From positions 47,244 to 111,243 of the forward strand of contig DAHUZP010000017.1 of NCBI GenBank assembly GCA_027306505.1: 64,000 bases of DNA. Direction: 5' to 3'. Origin of the DNA: Thermoplasmata archaeon (lineage in GTDB: Archaea > Thermoplasmatota > Thermoplasmata > Lutacidiplasmatales > UBA184). The notes under the pieces are model-generated. The model was not told the origin of the DNA and did no database searches. It saw only the letters and a program-made list of their open reading frames with translations. The position numbers were made by a program, and so were the translations under genes. The stretch's first letter is position 1, and each line of letters starts with the position of its first letter. Positions 18,501 to 26,610 of the stretch are shown piece after piece.

Positions 18501-20075
18501 GGCGAACTGCAGAGCAAGCAGGAGAAGTGGAGCGAGGCCGCGGACGCCTACGGCCGCGCGCTCTCCGTCGAGGGTCAGAACGCGGACCTGTTCATGAAGG
18601 CGGGCAGCGTCCACGAGAAGCTCCAGCACCCCCACGAGGCGCTTACGGCCTACGAGCAGGCGCTTCGGATCGCTCCGGAGAACAAGTACGCGCTCGCGAG
18701 CCGGGGCCGCGTGCTCCTCGAGCTGGGACGCCCGGAGGAGGGCCTCACCAGCTTCGAGGGGGCGCTCAAGGTCGATGACGGCTTCGAAGCGGCGAAGGAG
18801 GGGCGCAAGCTCGCCCAGCAGAAGATCCGCGACCGGCAGATCGAGGGGTACGGGCGGGAGGCCCTGCTGCTGGAAGCGAAGCTCAACCGCCCGATCACCC
18901 GCAACGACCTCTTCCTGACGCTCCACATCCCCTTCGACCTCCTCGAATCGGTGAGCCGCGCCATCTCCCGGAACGTGGACGTCGACGTTCGGGACCTCCC
19001 CGAGCAGGAGCTCAAGGACCTGGAGAGCGCGAGCTACCACCTCATCAACGCCGCGCTCGAGCAGCGCAGCGAAGTGGTGGAGAAGCGCGGGCTCACCCTC
19101 GCGGACGTCGCGATCCTCTCCCCCCCGAACTACACGCTTGCCCAGCTCCAGCGCCTCTTCGGCTACATGCGGGCGGTCCTCGAGATGGACATCCGTCCGG
19201 AGAACCTCTCGCTCACCCCCGACGTGGAGGAGCTCGCCCGACGGGCGCTCTCCCTGCCTCCGGAGGAGCGAACCGCCTTCCGGCTCGTGCGCAACCTGCG
19301 CGTCGGGCTCTACAAGGCGCGGCTCATCAAGGCGGTCGAGAGCATCGGTTCCGCGGTCCACGCCCCGCTCCCTAGTCTGCGCATCACGGAGTACGGCTCG
19401 CGCACGGTCATGCCTCCGAGCGCCCCGCCCCCGTCCTCGCAGGGCTCCTCGTCCCCCTCCAGCTCGCCCCCCTCCGGCTCCTCCCAGCCGTCCCCCTACT
19501 CCTCCACGTCCTACGGGGGCTCCTCCTCCAGCGGCTACCTCTCCGGCGGGTCGAGCCAGCAGTCCTCCCCCTATCCGCTCCCCTCCAACCCCCCAGCCTA
19601 CCCCTCTTCCACCCCGACCTCCAGCCCGTCCGGAGGACCTGCCCTGCCCAACACCGCGGCGCCGATGGCCTCCGGTCCCTTCTCTCCGCCGCCCGCTTCC
19701 CGAGGCATGCCCTCCCAAGCGCCCCCAGCGGACCTCGTGCCGGCCCCCGGCGGGGCTCGCTGCTCCGGGTGCGGGGGTCTCGCCCAATACCGCCACACCT
19801 GCGGGGCTTCCGTCTGCCAACACTGCATCGTCCAGTTCGGTAGCTGCCCGCGCTGCTCCCTCACCCTGTCGCTTCCGCCCGCGACCACCGCAACCCCGGC
19901 CGCTGAGACCTCCATCCCGGGGGGTCAGGACCGGATCGAGATGCCCCTCGCCCTCCTGGCGGTCTCCCGGGACGATGATTCCGGTACCGTCTCCACGCGG
20001 GGCCAGCGGGGCTCGCGCGGTGGGTCCTCCCGCGACTCCCGACGAGAGTCCCGCGACGAGGACGCGAGGCTTTGA
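15522..20075 (+). CDS. Giant TPR-repeat protein with C-terminal S/Y/G/P-rich disordered tract and zinc ribbon
   Basis: About 30 TPR-like repeats (repeated A..Y..AL pattern). Residues ~1390-1470 are prion-like low complexity. CSGCGG...CQHC...CPRCS zinc ribbon near the C-terminus. Confidence 0.8.
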   Translation: MVQPAGTPATPALAKARQWFESAESAQQVQDFNRQGEALKEVLNIARDRFNELAYQRQEAGELLDKTALAFYRLSIGDQALQSVEFALSFSPNSASALQHKAMILLSLNQNLDQVLNLLDRALSVNPHDKAVWATKGDALKILGRPQEAVECYLQAQQLDATSTQYVDRALKLVPGHPKALRVKLALAMTLGGVKQATETCDQLLQSNPSDPELHFTKANLLASSGDLNPALESLEKAIQLKPDDPRYLFLKARVLLALQRNDEAFALYRSLLDKKADVDPALLLELASTLETMNLQPQLLVEVRRRVKELDPRNLANLQVLRTTALKYDRKDVAMEACEALLVLSPHNLEAERTLGELLSTTGQLEGALRVYQEIVQAHPTEVEEFRKGLKLAKQNRKAPYVVFFSRAILAQNASDAPAAEELAQALTSLGQREEALQVYDHILRISPDNITILLQKKALLQAMGRVDEIPALLDRIFEKDPSRYDVALERGNLYLSRAYKTAEAAPERKGLATEALRSYERSSLSSEFHNVSLLGAARAAKLLANVDRAIDGYREFLGDPSNATRGDIFKELGHTLREVSRNAEAEQAYAKAIELGREDTDLIWGMEEVLSALNQDAKALHYVEILLQREPQNPLFLRRRGRLLLRLGRRGEGVQILKNALSPQERDPIAYFEVADALKEQGAYADALPYYQKGIQLDPGNKLGTLSLAETLMLAGRFTEAASAVDTILRTDAYDLRPWKLRADIYRSLQRDTEVLYSLKAILLLEPDNATVWEEKYRIHIARNEKVDAYDCLTNLLAHPPEKGNFSQFWLAHGDLALELGKTDDAIASYDKAVAASPAVKLEVAYRKAGVEEKQTRYSDALTTLEVFGNQPFPPEVGEELGSRVLLMRGRIAFHLERFQEALDIFQDLAQRKGSDKEIALWYVRALLEMGEHAKARDFLEQNLESLATQPETYLHLSEAEAGLGSLPRAVDACLKGLEKHPTNVAVLVRLGELQSKQEKWSEAADAYGRALSVEGQNADLFMKAGSVHEKLQHPHEALTAYEQALRIAPENKYALASRGRVLLELGRPEEGLTSFEGALKVDDGFEAAKEGRKLAQQKIRDRQIEGYGREALLLEAKLNRPITRNDLFLTLHIPFDLLESVSRAISRNVDVDVRDLPEQELKDLESASYHLINAALEQRSEVVEKRGLTLADVAILSPPNYTLAQLQRLFGYMRAVLEMDIRPENLSLTPDVEELARRALSLPPEERTAFRLVRNLRVGLYKARLIKAVESIGSAVHAPLPSLRITEYGSRTVMPPSAPPPSSQGSSSPSSSPPSGSSQPSPYSSTSYGGSSSSGYLSGGSSQQSSPYPLPSNPPAYPSSTPTSSPSGGPALPNTAAPMASGPFSPPPASRGMPSQAPPADLVPAPGGARCSGCGGLAQYRHTCGASVCQHCIVQFGSCPRCSLTLSLPPATTATPAAETSIPGGQDRIEMPLALLAVSRDDDSGTVSTRGQRGSRGGSSRDSRRESRDEDARL

Positions 20076-20223
20076 TCTCTCCCGCAGAGGCACACGGCAC
20101 GGTGGGTCGTCCCCCTGGGGCGGACGGTCCGATCGACCCCCCGGAAGCGGGCCAGGCTCGGGAGCCCACTTTCCGGGGAGGACCGGTCCGTTCAAGTACC
20201 ATTAAGAGGGGGAGACCGCCTAA

Positions 20224-20814
20224 GTGTCGAACCGAAGTGGAGCGAGCATGAGCGAAGCCAAGGCGGAGGCCCAGGCAGCGGAGACCGGGGCGAAGCTCAG
20301 TGGCATAGCGATCGCCGGGGTCCTCATCCTGATCGTGGTCCTGGTCGGGATCGCGATCTACGTCTCCTTCCCCGTCACGAACAACCACTTCACGGCCCTG
20401 GTCGCGATCGGCGTCCTCGGGCTCGTGGTCTCGGTCCTCGCGGTCCTGGTCGCTCCAGGGGCGAGGGACCCCGCGATCCCCCGTGCCGCCTCTGCCGGGT
20501 CCTTCTGGTTCGGCGTCGCGGTCCTCCTTGGCGCGGGCCTGGTCGCCCCGGATGGGGCGTTCGGCGGCGCCGCCTGCTCGGGCAGTGGCGTCGGGGCCTG
20601 CGGAATCACCTTCGGCTCGGTCCGGATCGTCTATCTCATCATCGTGCTCTTCCTCGTCGTCGCGGGTCTCCTCTACATGCGCTGGCAGCTTGGAGGTCGT
20701 GCTCGCGACGTCCGGCGGGAAGCTTCCCGCGACACGTGGCGCAAGAAGACCGGGGTGGGCGCGGGCTCCCCCGGGACCCCTTCCCCGAACGACCCGCGCA
20801 TGAACCCTCCATAG
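20224..20814 (+). CDS. Small integral membrane protein (4 predicted TM helices)
   Basis: Hydrophobic stretches IAIAGVLILIVVLVGIAIYV, ALVAIGVLGLVVSVLAVLV, FWFGVAVLLGAGLV, IVYLIIVLFLVVAGLLY. GTG start 18-25 nt after CCATTAAG. Confidence 0.55.
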   Translation: MSNRSGASMSEAKAEAQAAETGAKLSGIAIAGVLILIVVLVGIAIYVSFPVTNNHFTALVAIGVLGLVVSVLAVLVAPGARDPAIPRAASAGSFWFGVAVLLGAGLVAPDGAFGGAACSGSGVGACGITFGSVRIVYLIIVLFLVVAGLLYMRWQLGGRARDVRREASRDTWRKKTGVGAGSPGTPSPNDPRMNPP

Positions 20815-20840
20815 AGATCCCAGTCCGAAGGTGTGCATCG

Positions 20841-21656
20841 ATGGCGATGAGCAATCCCTCAACCGCATCCGCCGCGACCGGTCCCAAGTTCTGCGCCCAG
20901 TGCGGCGGTCCCCTGGCCCCAGGTAGCAGGTTCTGCCCCGGCTGCGGTGCTCCCACGGCCGCCGCCCCCTCCGCCGCGACCGCGCCGGCCGCTGCCGCTT
21001 CCGCTCCCGCTAGCGCTCCTCCGCCCCCTCCGCCCCCCACACCCCCCTCGGGGCCCTCGCCCACCGCTGCCCCCTCGGGGCCCAATCCCTACGGCGCCCC
21101 CCCGGTGCCTCCGTCCTCCCCTCCGGGGAACGACATTCGCAACCGCGTCGACCAGGACCGAGGGTTCCTCAAGAAGCTCCAGCTCATGATCCCCGGGTTC
21201 CGGGGCTACCGTCAGGCGGAGGACATCCGCGCCGCGGATTCTCTGCTCCGGATCCAGGTCGCGGACCGGTTGGTGACCGCGATGACGCAGGTCGACACCC
21301 TGCGCAGCCAGATGACCCGGGACGGGGTCATGGCGGGGCTGGTCGCCTTGGGCGGGCTCCGCAGCGAGATGCAGCGGCTGGACGGGCAGATCCGTCACGC
21401 CGAAGGCGGCTACAGCGGGATCTCCTCCACGCTCCGGGTCACCCCGGAGAGCCTCGACAAGCTCTACGAGCGGGACTGGACCTTCGTCGCGAGCGCGGAC
21501 CAGCTCCTCTCGACCATGGGCAGCCTGTCCCAGGCGGTCGAGTCGAAGAACGACGCTCAGATCAACAGCACGTGCGACACCCTCCGAGCGAACCTGAAGG
21601 CGGTGGAGACCTCCTTCAGCCAGCGGATGATGTCCGTGGAGGGGGTCCTCCAGTAG
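20841..21656 (+). CDS. Zinc-ribbon protein with Pro-rich linker and C-terminal helical domain
   Basis: N-terminal CAQCGG...CPGCGAP zinc ribbon, a ~60-aa A/P linker, then a ~170-aa predicted alpha-helical domain. No TM segment. Confidence 0.6.
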   Translation: MAMSNPSTASAATGPKFCAQCGGPLAPGSRFCPGCGAPTAAAPSAATAPAAAASAPASAPPPPPPPTPPSGPSPTAAPSGPNPYGAPPVPPSSPPGNDIRNRVDQDRGFLKKLQLMIPGFRGYRQAEDIRAADSLLRIQVADRLVTAMTQVDTLRSQMTRDGVMAGLVALGGLRSEMQRLDGQIRHAEGGYSGISSTLRVTPESLDKLYERDWTFVASADQLLSTMGSLSQAVESKNDAQINSTCDTLRANLKAVETSFSQRMMSVEGVLQ

Positions 21657-21755
21657 GACCTCCGAGGCGGGAGAAGGTCGTCGCAGGTCTAGCCATCGAA
21701 AAGACAGGTAGTTCGGAAGGTCCACTTCGCATCGAAAGGAGGAGAAAGAGCGACC

Positions 21756-22955
21756 ATGTTCAACCGCAGCGCCCCCCCGCCCGCGACGGGCGGCAGCCTC
21801 TTCGGGTCGACCACGATCATCTGGGAGGACTCGTTCAAAGGCCCCAACGTGATGTGGCGGGTCCCCCGCAACATCCGTCTCAACGACAACGTGGTGGTCC
21901 GCGAGGACGAGTACGCGGTGTTCTTCCGCGACGGTAAGGTCCTCGCCTACATCGACCGTCCCGACCGTTACGCGCTCACCTCGCTCAACGCCCCGGTCGT
22001 CGGGAGGCTCGTGCAGGCCCTCTCGGGCGTGCAGCAGCAGGCGGAGGTCTACTATCTCCAGCGCCGCTTCTTCGACGGCAAGTTCGGTTCCAAGGAGCCC
22101 TACACCTTCCGCGACAAGGACTTCGGTCTGGTCAACCTGCGGGTCTTCGGCGACTTCCGCTGGCGCGTCTCCCACCCGGACAACTTCATCACCCAGTTCG
22201 TCGGGACGTTCGGGAGCGAGAGCTCCGGGGACATCGACGACCGCACCCGGGACCAGATGGTGCTCCTGATCTACGCCGCCCTCGGGCAGGCGAAGGAGAA
22301 GGGGATTGGCGTCGCCGACCTCGCGGCGAACCTGCAGACCATCGAGCAGATGGTGCTGGGGAAGGCCCCGGACTACTTCGACGCCTACGGGCTCGAGATC
22401 AACCGCATCCAGGGGCTCTCGATCAGCGTCCCCGACGAGGTCCAGAAGGCGATCGACACCCGCAGCACCATGGGCGTGCTGGGCGTGAACTACATGCAGT
22501 ACCAGGCCGGCCAGGCCATGACCACCGCCGCCGCCAATCCCGGATCCGCAGGTACCCTCATGGGGGCCGGGGTGGGCATGGGGGCCGGCATGGGCATGGG
22601 CTACGGGATGGCCGGTGCGATGGGTCCGGCCTACGCGGGCATGGGCTCGGGCGGAGGCCCCGGAGGTCCCGCGACGCCGTGCCCGAAGTGCGGCTCGCTC
22701 ATCCCCGGAGGCACCCGGTTCTGCCCGTCGTGCGGGCTCAACCTCGCGGCCCCACCGCCCCAGGCGCCCCCCCAGGTCGCCGCGGGGCCGATCTGCCCGA
22801 AGTGCGGACAGCCCGCGGGCTCGGGGAAGTTCTGCATGAACTGCGGGGCCCCCAACGTCCCGCCGGCACCGGCCGCCCCCGCGGTCTGTCCCAAGTGCGG
22901 TCAGCCCGCCGGGAACGGAAAGTTCTGCATGAACTGCGGGGCCCCTCGGGGCTGA
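21756..22955 (+). CDS. SPFH/band-7-like protein with three C-terminal zinc ribbons (COG4260/YdjI-like)
   Basis: N-terminal ~250 aa resemble the SPFH variant of the 'virion core protein' family. G/M-rich linker. Then CPKCGSLIPGGTRFCPSCG plus 2x CPKCGQPAG.GKFCMNCGAP. Confidence 0.7.
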   Translation: MFNRSAPPPATGGSLFGSTTIIWEDSFKGPNVMWRVPRNIRLNDNVVVREDEYAVFFRDGKVLAYIDRPDRYALTSLNAPVVGRLVQALSGVQQQAEVYYLQRRFFDGKFGSKEPYTFRDKDFGLVNLRVFGDFRWRVSHPDNFITQFVGTFGSESSGDIDDRTRDQMVLLIYAALGQAKEKGIGVADLAANLQTIEQMVLGKAPDYFDAYGLEINRIQGLSISVPDEVQKAIDTRSTMGVLGVNYMQYQAGQAMTTAAANPGSAGTLMGAGVGMGAGMGMGYGMAGAMGPAYAGMGSGGGPGGPATPCPKCGSLIPGGTRFCPSCGLNLAAPPPQAPPQVAAGPICPKCGQPAGSGKFCMNCGAPNVPPAPAAPAVCPKCGQPAGNGKFCMNCGAPRG

Positions 22956-23002
22956 GCATACGCTCCAGCGGGTCCGTGGTCGGAACGGGGTGAACGCGCG
23001 AG

Positions 23003-24025
23003 ATGTTCTGCAACGCTTGCGGGGCGCCGAACCCGGACGGTTCGGCCTTCTGTGACCGGTGCGGTCGTCCCCTCGCGGCCTCCGGGGGGGTCGCCCCCGG
23101 GGGCGGCGCTCCCATGGCGGCGCCTCCTCCCCCGCCGCCGGCGGCCTCCGGCGCGAACGCCTTCGACATGAAGGACCTCAAGTGCAAGTCCTGCGGCGCT
23201 CCGCTGCACCCCTCCTCGGGTGACGCGGTCGTGGTGTGCGAGTACTGCGGCTCGACCATCGCGCTCTCCGGGGCCGGCTGGAAGGCGATCCAGAACCACT
23301 CGATGCTCGTCCCCCAGGTCATCGACCAGGACGGAGCCCTCGCGGCCTGCAAGCGCTGGATGGACACCGGCTTCCTCCACCACAAGGACTTCGAGACGGC
23401 GAAGCTGCTCGAGGCGAAGGTCCAGGTGGTCCCCTACTGGATCGTCCCCGCGAGCGCGGTGACCCACTACGTCTACGAGGACGCGGGGGTGGAGGCCGCC
23501 GAGATCGGCGGCAGCATCGCCGCGGCGGCGCTCATCGGCGGGGCCATGGGCGGACGCGGTGGCGGCGGGATGATGGTCCCCGGGATGATGTTGGGCATGG
23601 GGATGTCCGGAGGGGGGAACATGGCGAAGCGAGCGGGCGAGCTCGCCGGGGACTTCCAGTTCCCGATCATCGCGGTCAAGGGGCTCGGGAACTACCAGCC
23701 CAAGGAGTACCAGTTCGACCTCACCGCCCGGCTCCCCTACGACAAGCGCAAGCTGCCGGGGGGGCTCCCGGTCCTCAACGGCGACGTGAGCGAGGACGAC
23801 GCCAAGTTCCAGGCGAAGAACATGGTCGTCGCGCTCCAGGCCCAGAAGGCCCACGCCCAGCACCGGCTCATCGAGAACCTGAGCACCGAGGTCAACGTCT
23901 CGGACGGGGAGCTCCTGCACGCCCCGGTCTGGTACATGAGCTTCCAGCTCAAGAACGGCAAGCAGGAGATGCTCACCGTCGACGCGCACCGCAACGCGGT
24001 GATGAACGCCCAAAAGCCGGCCTAG
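23003..24025 (+). CDS. Double zinc-ribbon protein with C-terminal globular domain
   Basis: CNACGAP...CDRCGRP and CKSCGAP...CEYCGST ribbons, a G/M-rich tract, and a ~200-aa C-terminal domain. Confidence 0.65.
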   Translation: MFCNACGAPNPDGSAFCDRCGRPLAASGGVAPGGGAPMAAPPPPPPAASGANAFDMKDLKCKSCGAPLHPSSGDAVVVCEYCGSTIALSGAGWKAIQNHSMLVPQVIDQDGALAACKRWMDTGFLHHKDFETAKLLEAKVQVVPYWIVPASAVTHYVYEDAGVEAAEIGGSIAAAALIGGAMGGRGGGGMMVPGMMLGMGMSGGGNMAKRAGELAGDFQFPIIAVKGLGNYQPKEYQFDLTARLPYDKRKLPGGLPVLNGDVSEDDAKFQAKNMVVALQAQKAHAQHRLIENLSTEVNVSDGELLHAPVWYMSFQLKNGKQEMLTVDAHRNAVMNAQKPA

Positions 24026-24063
24026 GCGTAGGTGGCCCCCGCACGGGGGGGGAGTTCCCCGCT

Positions 24064-24336
24064 CTACCCGGAGGGTCCGTCAGGGGAGGGCGAGGACGGA
24101 CGGAAGGCTGCGCGGAAGGTGTACTGGGCGGGGACCCGCCGGCGGATCGGGGTCCAGAAGGCGCACGAGGTGCACCGGTACCCCACGATGACCGAATCCC
24201 CCCAGAGGGTCTCGTTCTGGCGGGGACGCACGGGGGCGAAGCAGACCGGGCAGCAATTGAGCGGCCCCCTGCGATCGCGCAGGGCGTAGCGGACCTCCAG
24301 GGTCACCTTCGAGGAGGAAGCGAGCAGCGCCCGCAT
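24064..24336 (-). CDS. Small zinc-ribbon protein (start uncertain)
   Basis: CCPVCFAP...YRCTSCAFW in a 91-aa ORF from the first ATG after the ATPase stop. Upstream codons up to ...YKLADPRTVERVALAVLRRH may also be translated. Confidence 0.3.
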   Translation of the reverse strand: MRALLASSSKVTLEVRYALRDRRGPLNCCPVCFAPVRPRQNETLWGDSVIVGYRCTSCAFWTPIRRRVPAQYTFRAAFRPSSPSPDGPSG

Positions 24337-24535
24337 CCGCTCCGGGCCGGTCCGCTGGGGGGGCCGGTAGCGGCGGAGCCGCGGAGCGACCTCCCGCCAG
24401 AGCGCCCCCTGGGTGGGGACCGAGCCTCGGTGGCGGCGCAGGACCGCGAGGGCGACCCGCTCGACCGTCCTCGGGTCGGCTAGCTTGTACCCTGCCGGAG
24501 GGCCCGTGGGAACGGTGGGGGGGCCGCCCGACCGC

Positions 24536-25990
24536 TCACCCGGCCGCGAGGGTCCGCCCTTCGCGGGCGGCGATCTCCTGCTGGTAAAAGAGTCGAGCGA
24601 GGGCCTCTTCGTCCTTGCCGACGGGGAGGCTCGCTCCGTCCTTCTTCTCATGTTTGAAGTATCCCACCAGGGCGCCGGCGGCGGCGAGCTTGACCGCCCT
24701 GCTCTTGAGCCGGGGGGAGAACTTGGGGCTCGCGGTCTTCGCGAGGGCCTTCTCGGAGACCTCGCGGAGCGTCGAGTAGAGGCTCGGCTGCAGCGCGACC
24801 CCCTTCATGTGCCACCGCCGGGCAAGGGGGTGCTGGGTCTGGATCGCATAGACGAGGGCGAGATGGTCCTGCACCTTCCGGGCGAGGTGGAAGTCGATCT
24901 CGCCGAGCTCGAGGCGCTCCGCGCTCTGCTCCACCGCCCGGAACCGCTCGCGCGTCATGAGGTGGAAGCGCAGCAGCATCCGGTCCTCGAGCGCAGCGAA
25001 GTTGGGGTCCCCGATCGTCGACTCCCAGGCGTTCCCCAGGACCCGGACGTTGTAGTTGACGGTGAAGTAGGAACGGAAGGTGTAGGGCCCCACCGTGCCG
25101 TAGGTCGTTTCCCACTTGACCTCCCGCTGCTCCATGACGAGCTTGAGCGGCTCGACCATCCCTTTGTACTTGAACCAGTCGTTGAACTCGGGGACGATGA
25201 AGTTGAACGTCCGTCCCCGATAGAAGGAGCCCACGCGAAGGAACTGTGCCGGGGTGATGCCCCCGCAGTATCGGTTGCGGCCGGGGAGCCCGTGGGACGG
25301 GACGCCGCTCTTGGGATTGCCACGGACCAGGTCGTCGATGGCGAAGGTCTTCCCGGTCCCGGGCGGGCCGAAGAGCGCGAGATGGAAGCCGGTGGTCCCC
25401 GTGGTCCTTCCCCCAGGGGCGACCAGGGGCACGTCCGCGAGCGCGTACTGCTGGAGCAGGGCGAGCGCGGGATCGAGCCCGAGCTCCTCCCCGAAGAGCT
25501 CCCGGCTGTAGCGAAGGAGCGCGGCGAGGTCGAAGGTCCGAGCGAACTCGAGGGTCTCCTCGAGCCGCTCCTGGAGGACCTCCCGCAGGTGCCGGAAGAA
25601 GACCGCGTCCATCTCCCGGATCTCGAGCGACTCGTCCGGAGGAGGTTGGAGACCCGTCGTGGAGGGAGTGCTGAGGCGCAGCACGCTCTCGCGCAGGAGG
25701 GCGAGGAGGTCGGGGAGGTGCGGGGCGACGAACACCTTGTCGCCCCGGGGGGCGAAGCTCTCGTCGAGGAGCCCCCGGCGGCGTAGCCGGGAGAGGAGCC
25801 GGGTCGGGTCCTGGAAGATGCGGGACTTGAGGAGCTCCGCCCGGAGCTCGGAGAGACGGAAGCTCGCCGGGACGCCCGAGGTCGCTCGCGCCTCCTGGCG
25901 CCGCCGGGCCTCCTCGAGCACCTGGAGGGCCGAGCGGGCGACCGGCAGGTCCTCCGGGTCGATGTCCAAGGTCCCGGAAGGCGCGGCCAT
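24536..25990 (-). CDS. P-loop NTPase of unknown family (possible Hjc-associated ATPase)
   Basis: Walker A LALFGPPGTGKT near residue 195; hydrophobic-D/E Walker B candidates downstream. 484 aa. Divergent from the Hjc-like gene. Confidence 0.7.
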   Translation of the reverse strand: MAAPSGTLDIDPEDLPVARSALQVLEEARRRQEARATSGVPASFRLSELRAELLKSRIFQDPTRLLSRLRRRGLLDESFAPRGDKVFVAPHLPDLLALLRESVLRLSTPSTTGLQPPPDESLEIREMDAVFFRHLREVLQERLEETLEFARTFDLAALLRYSRELFGEELGLDPALALLQQYALADVPLVAPGGRTTGTTGFHLALFGPPGTGKTFAIDDLVRGNPKSGVPSHGLPGRNRYCGGITPAQFLRVGSFYRGRTFNFIVPEFNDWFKYKGMVEPLKLVMEQREVKWETTYGTVGPYTFRSYFTVNYNVRVLGNAWESTIGDPNFAALEDRMLLRFHLMTRERFRAVEQSAERLELGEIDFHLARKVQDHLALVYAIQTQHPLARRWHMKGVALQPSLYSTLREVSEKALAKTASPKFSPRLKSRAVKLAAAGALVGYFKHEKKDGASLPVGKDEEALARLFYQQEIAAREGRTLAAG

Positions 25991-26020
25991 TAGGGCATCC
26001 TACCCAGGACACACTCGAGC

Positions 26021-26036
26021 ATATGCGTATATCTAG
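26021..26036. promoter_or_regulatory. AT-rich ATATGCGTATATCTA element between the divergent ATPase and Hjc genes
   Basis: The only AT-rich stretch between the divergent starts. TATAT sits 26-30 nt upstream of an in-frame GTG (26059) and 31-45 nt upstream of the ATPase ATG on the other strand. Confidence 0.35.
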
Positions 26037-26610
26037 GCCGGGGGACGTCGCACCGGTCGTGCCGGGTTCGTCCTTCTCGGGCTACGAGCGGGAGCTCAAG
26101 GGCGTGCTTCAAGGGGAGCCCGATGCGCTCCACCGGTACCGGAAGTACGCGCGCACCCCCGAGATGCTCCACCTGCTGGACTCGATCGAGGCCCGGCCCT
26201 TCCTGGTGGTCCGGGCGGCGGGATCGCAGGGGTTCGACCTGGTCGCGTTGCGGGACCGGGTCGTCCTGCCGATCGAGGTCAAGTCCTCGAGCCAGCCGCG
26301 CATCCCCTTCGCCGCGGCGAGCGGCCGGAGCCAGGAGCAGTACCTCTCGCTCCGGGCCCAGACCCGGCGGAGCGGCCTCCTCCTGCTCTACGCCTACCGC
26401 CTGCTCGGCGCAGGGGAGCGCGACCCATGGAGGCTCTTCCTCGCGGAGGCCCCTGTCGAGGACCACAACCGCTACGCGAAGATGATCGCGGGCCAGCTCC
26501 CGACGGTCGGCGCGACGAGCCAGGGCAACCAGGTCCTTCGGTGGGAGGAGGGGAAGCCGTTGCTCGACTTCTTGAACTGGGTGCACTCGGTCCTGCTGGG
26601 CAACGCATGA
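26023..26610 (+). CDS. hjc: Holliday junction resolvase Hjc-like PD-(D/E)xK nuclease
   Basis: ...SGYERELKGVL... (catalytic Glu), ...GFDLVAL... (Asp), ...LPIEVKSS... (E-x-K) match the Hjc fold order. An alternative leaderless GTG start lies at 26059. Confidence 0.6.
   Translation: MRISRPGDVAPVVPGSSFSGYERELKGVLQGEPDALHRYRKYARTPEMLHLLDSIEARPFLVVRAAGSQGFDLVALRDRVVLPIEVKSSSQPRIPFAAASGRSQEQYLSLRAQTRRSGLLLLYAYRLLGAGERDPWRLFLAEAPVEDHNRYAKMIAGQLPTVGATSQGNQVLRWEEGKPLLDFLNWVHSVLLGNA

Noticed and set aside
16629-20195. 503-aa and 675-aa minus-strand ORFs inside the TPR gene
   Set aside because: Antisense of a repeat-rich but clearly coding TPR gene. The proteins are dominated by L/R/G/E runs mirroring the TPR codons.
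24648-26012. 454-aa alternative-frame ORF overlapping the ATPase
   Set aside because: Frame +1 of the ATPase. P/R/G-rich, with no motifs.
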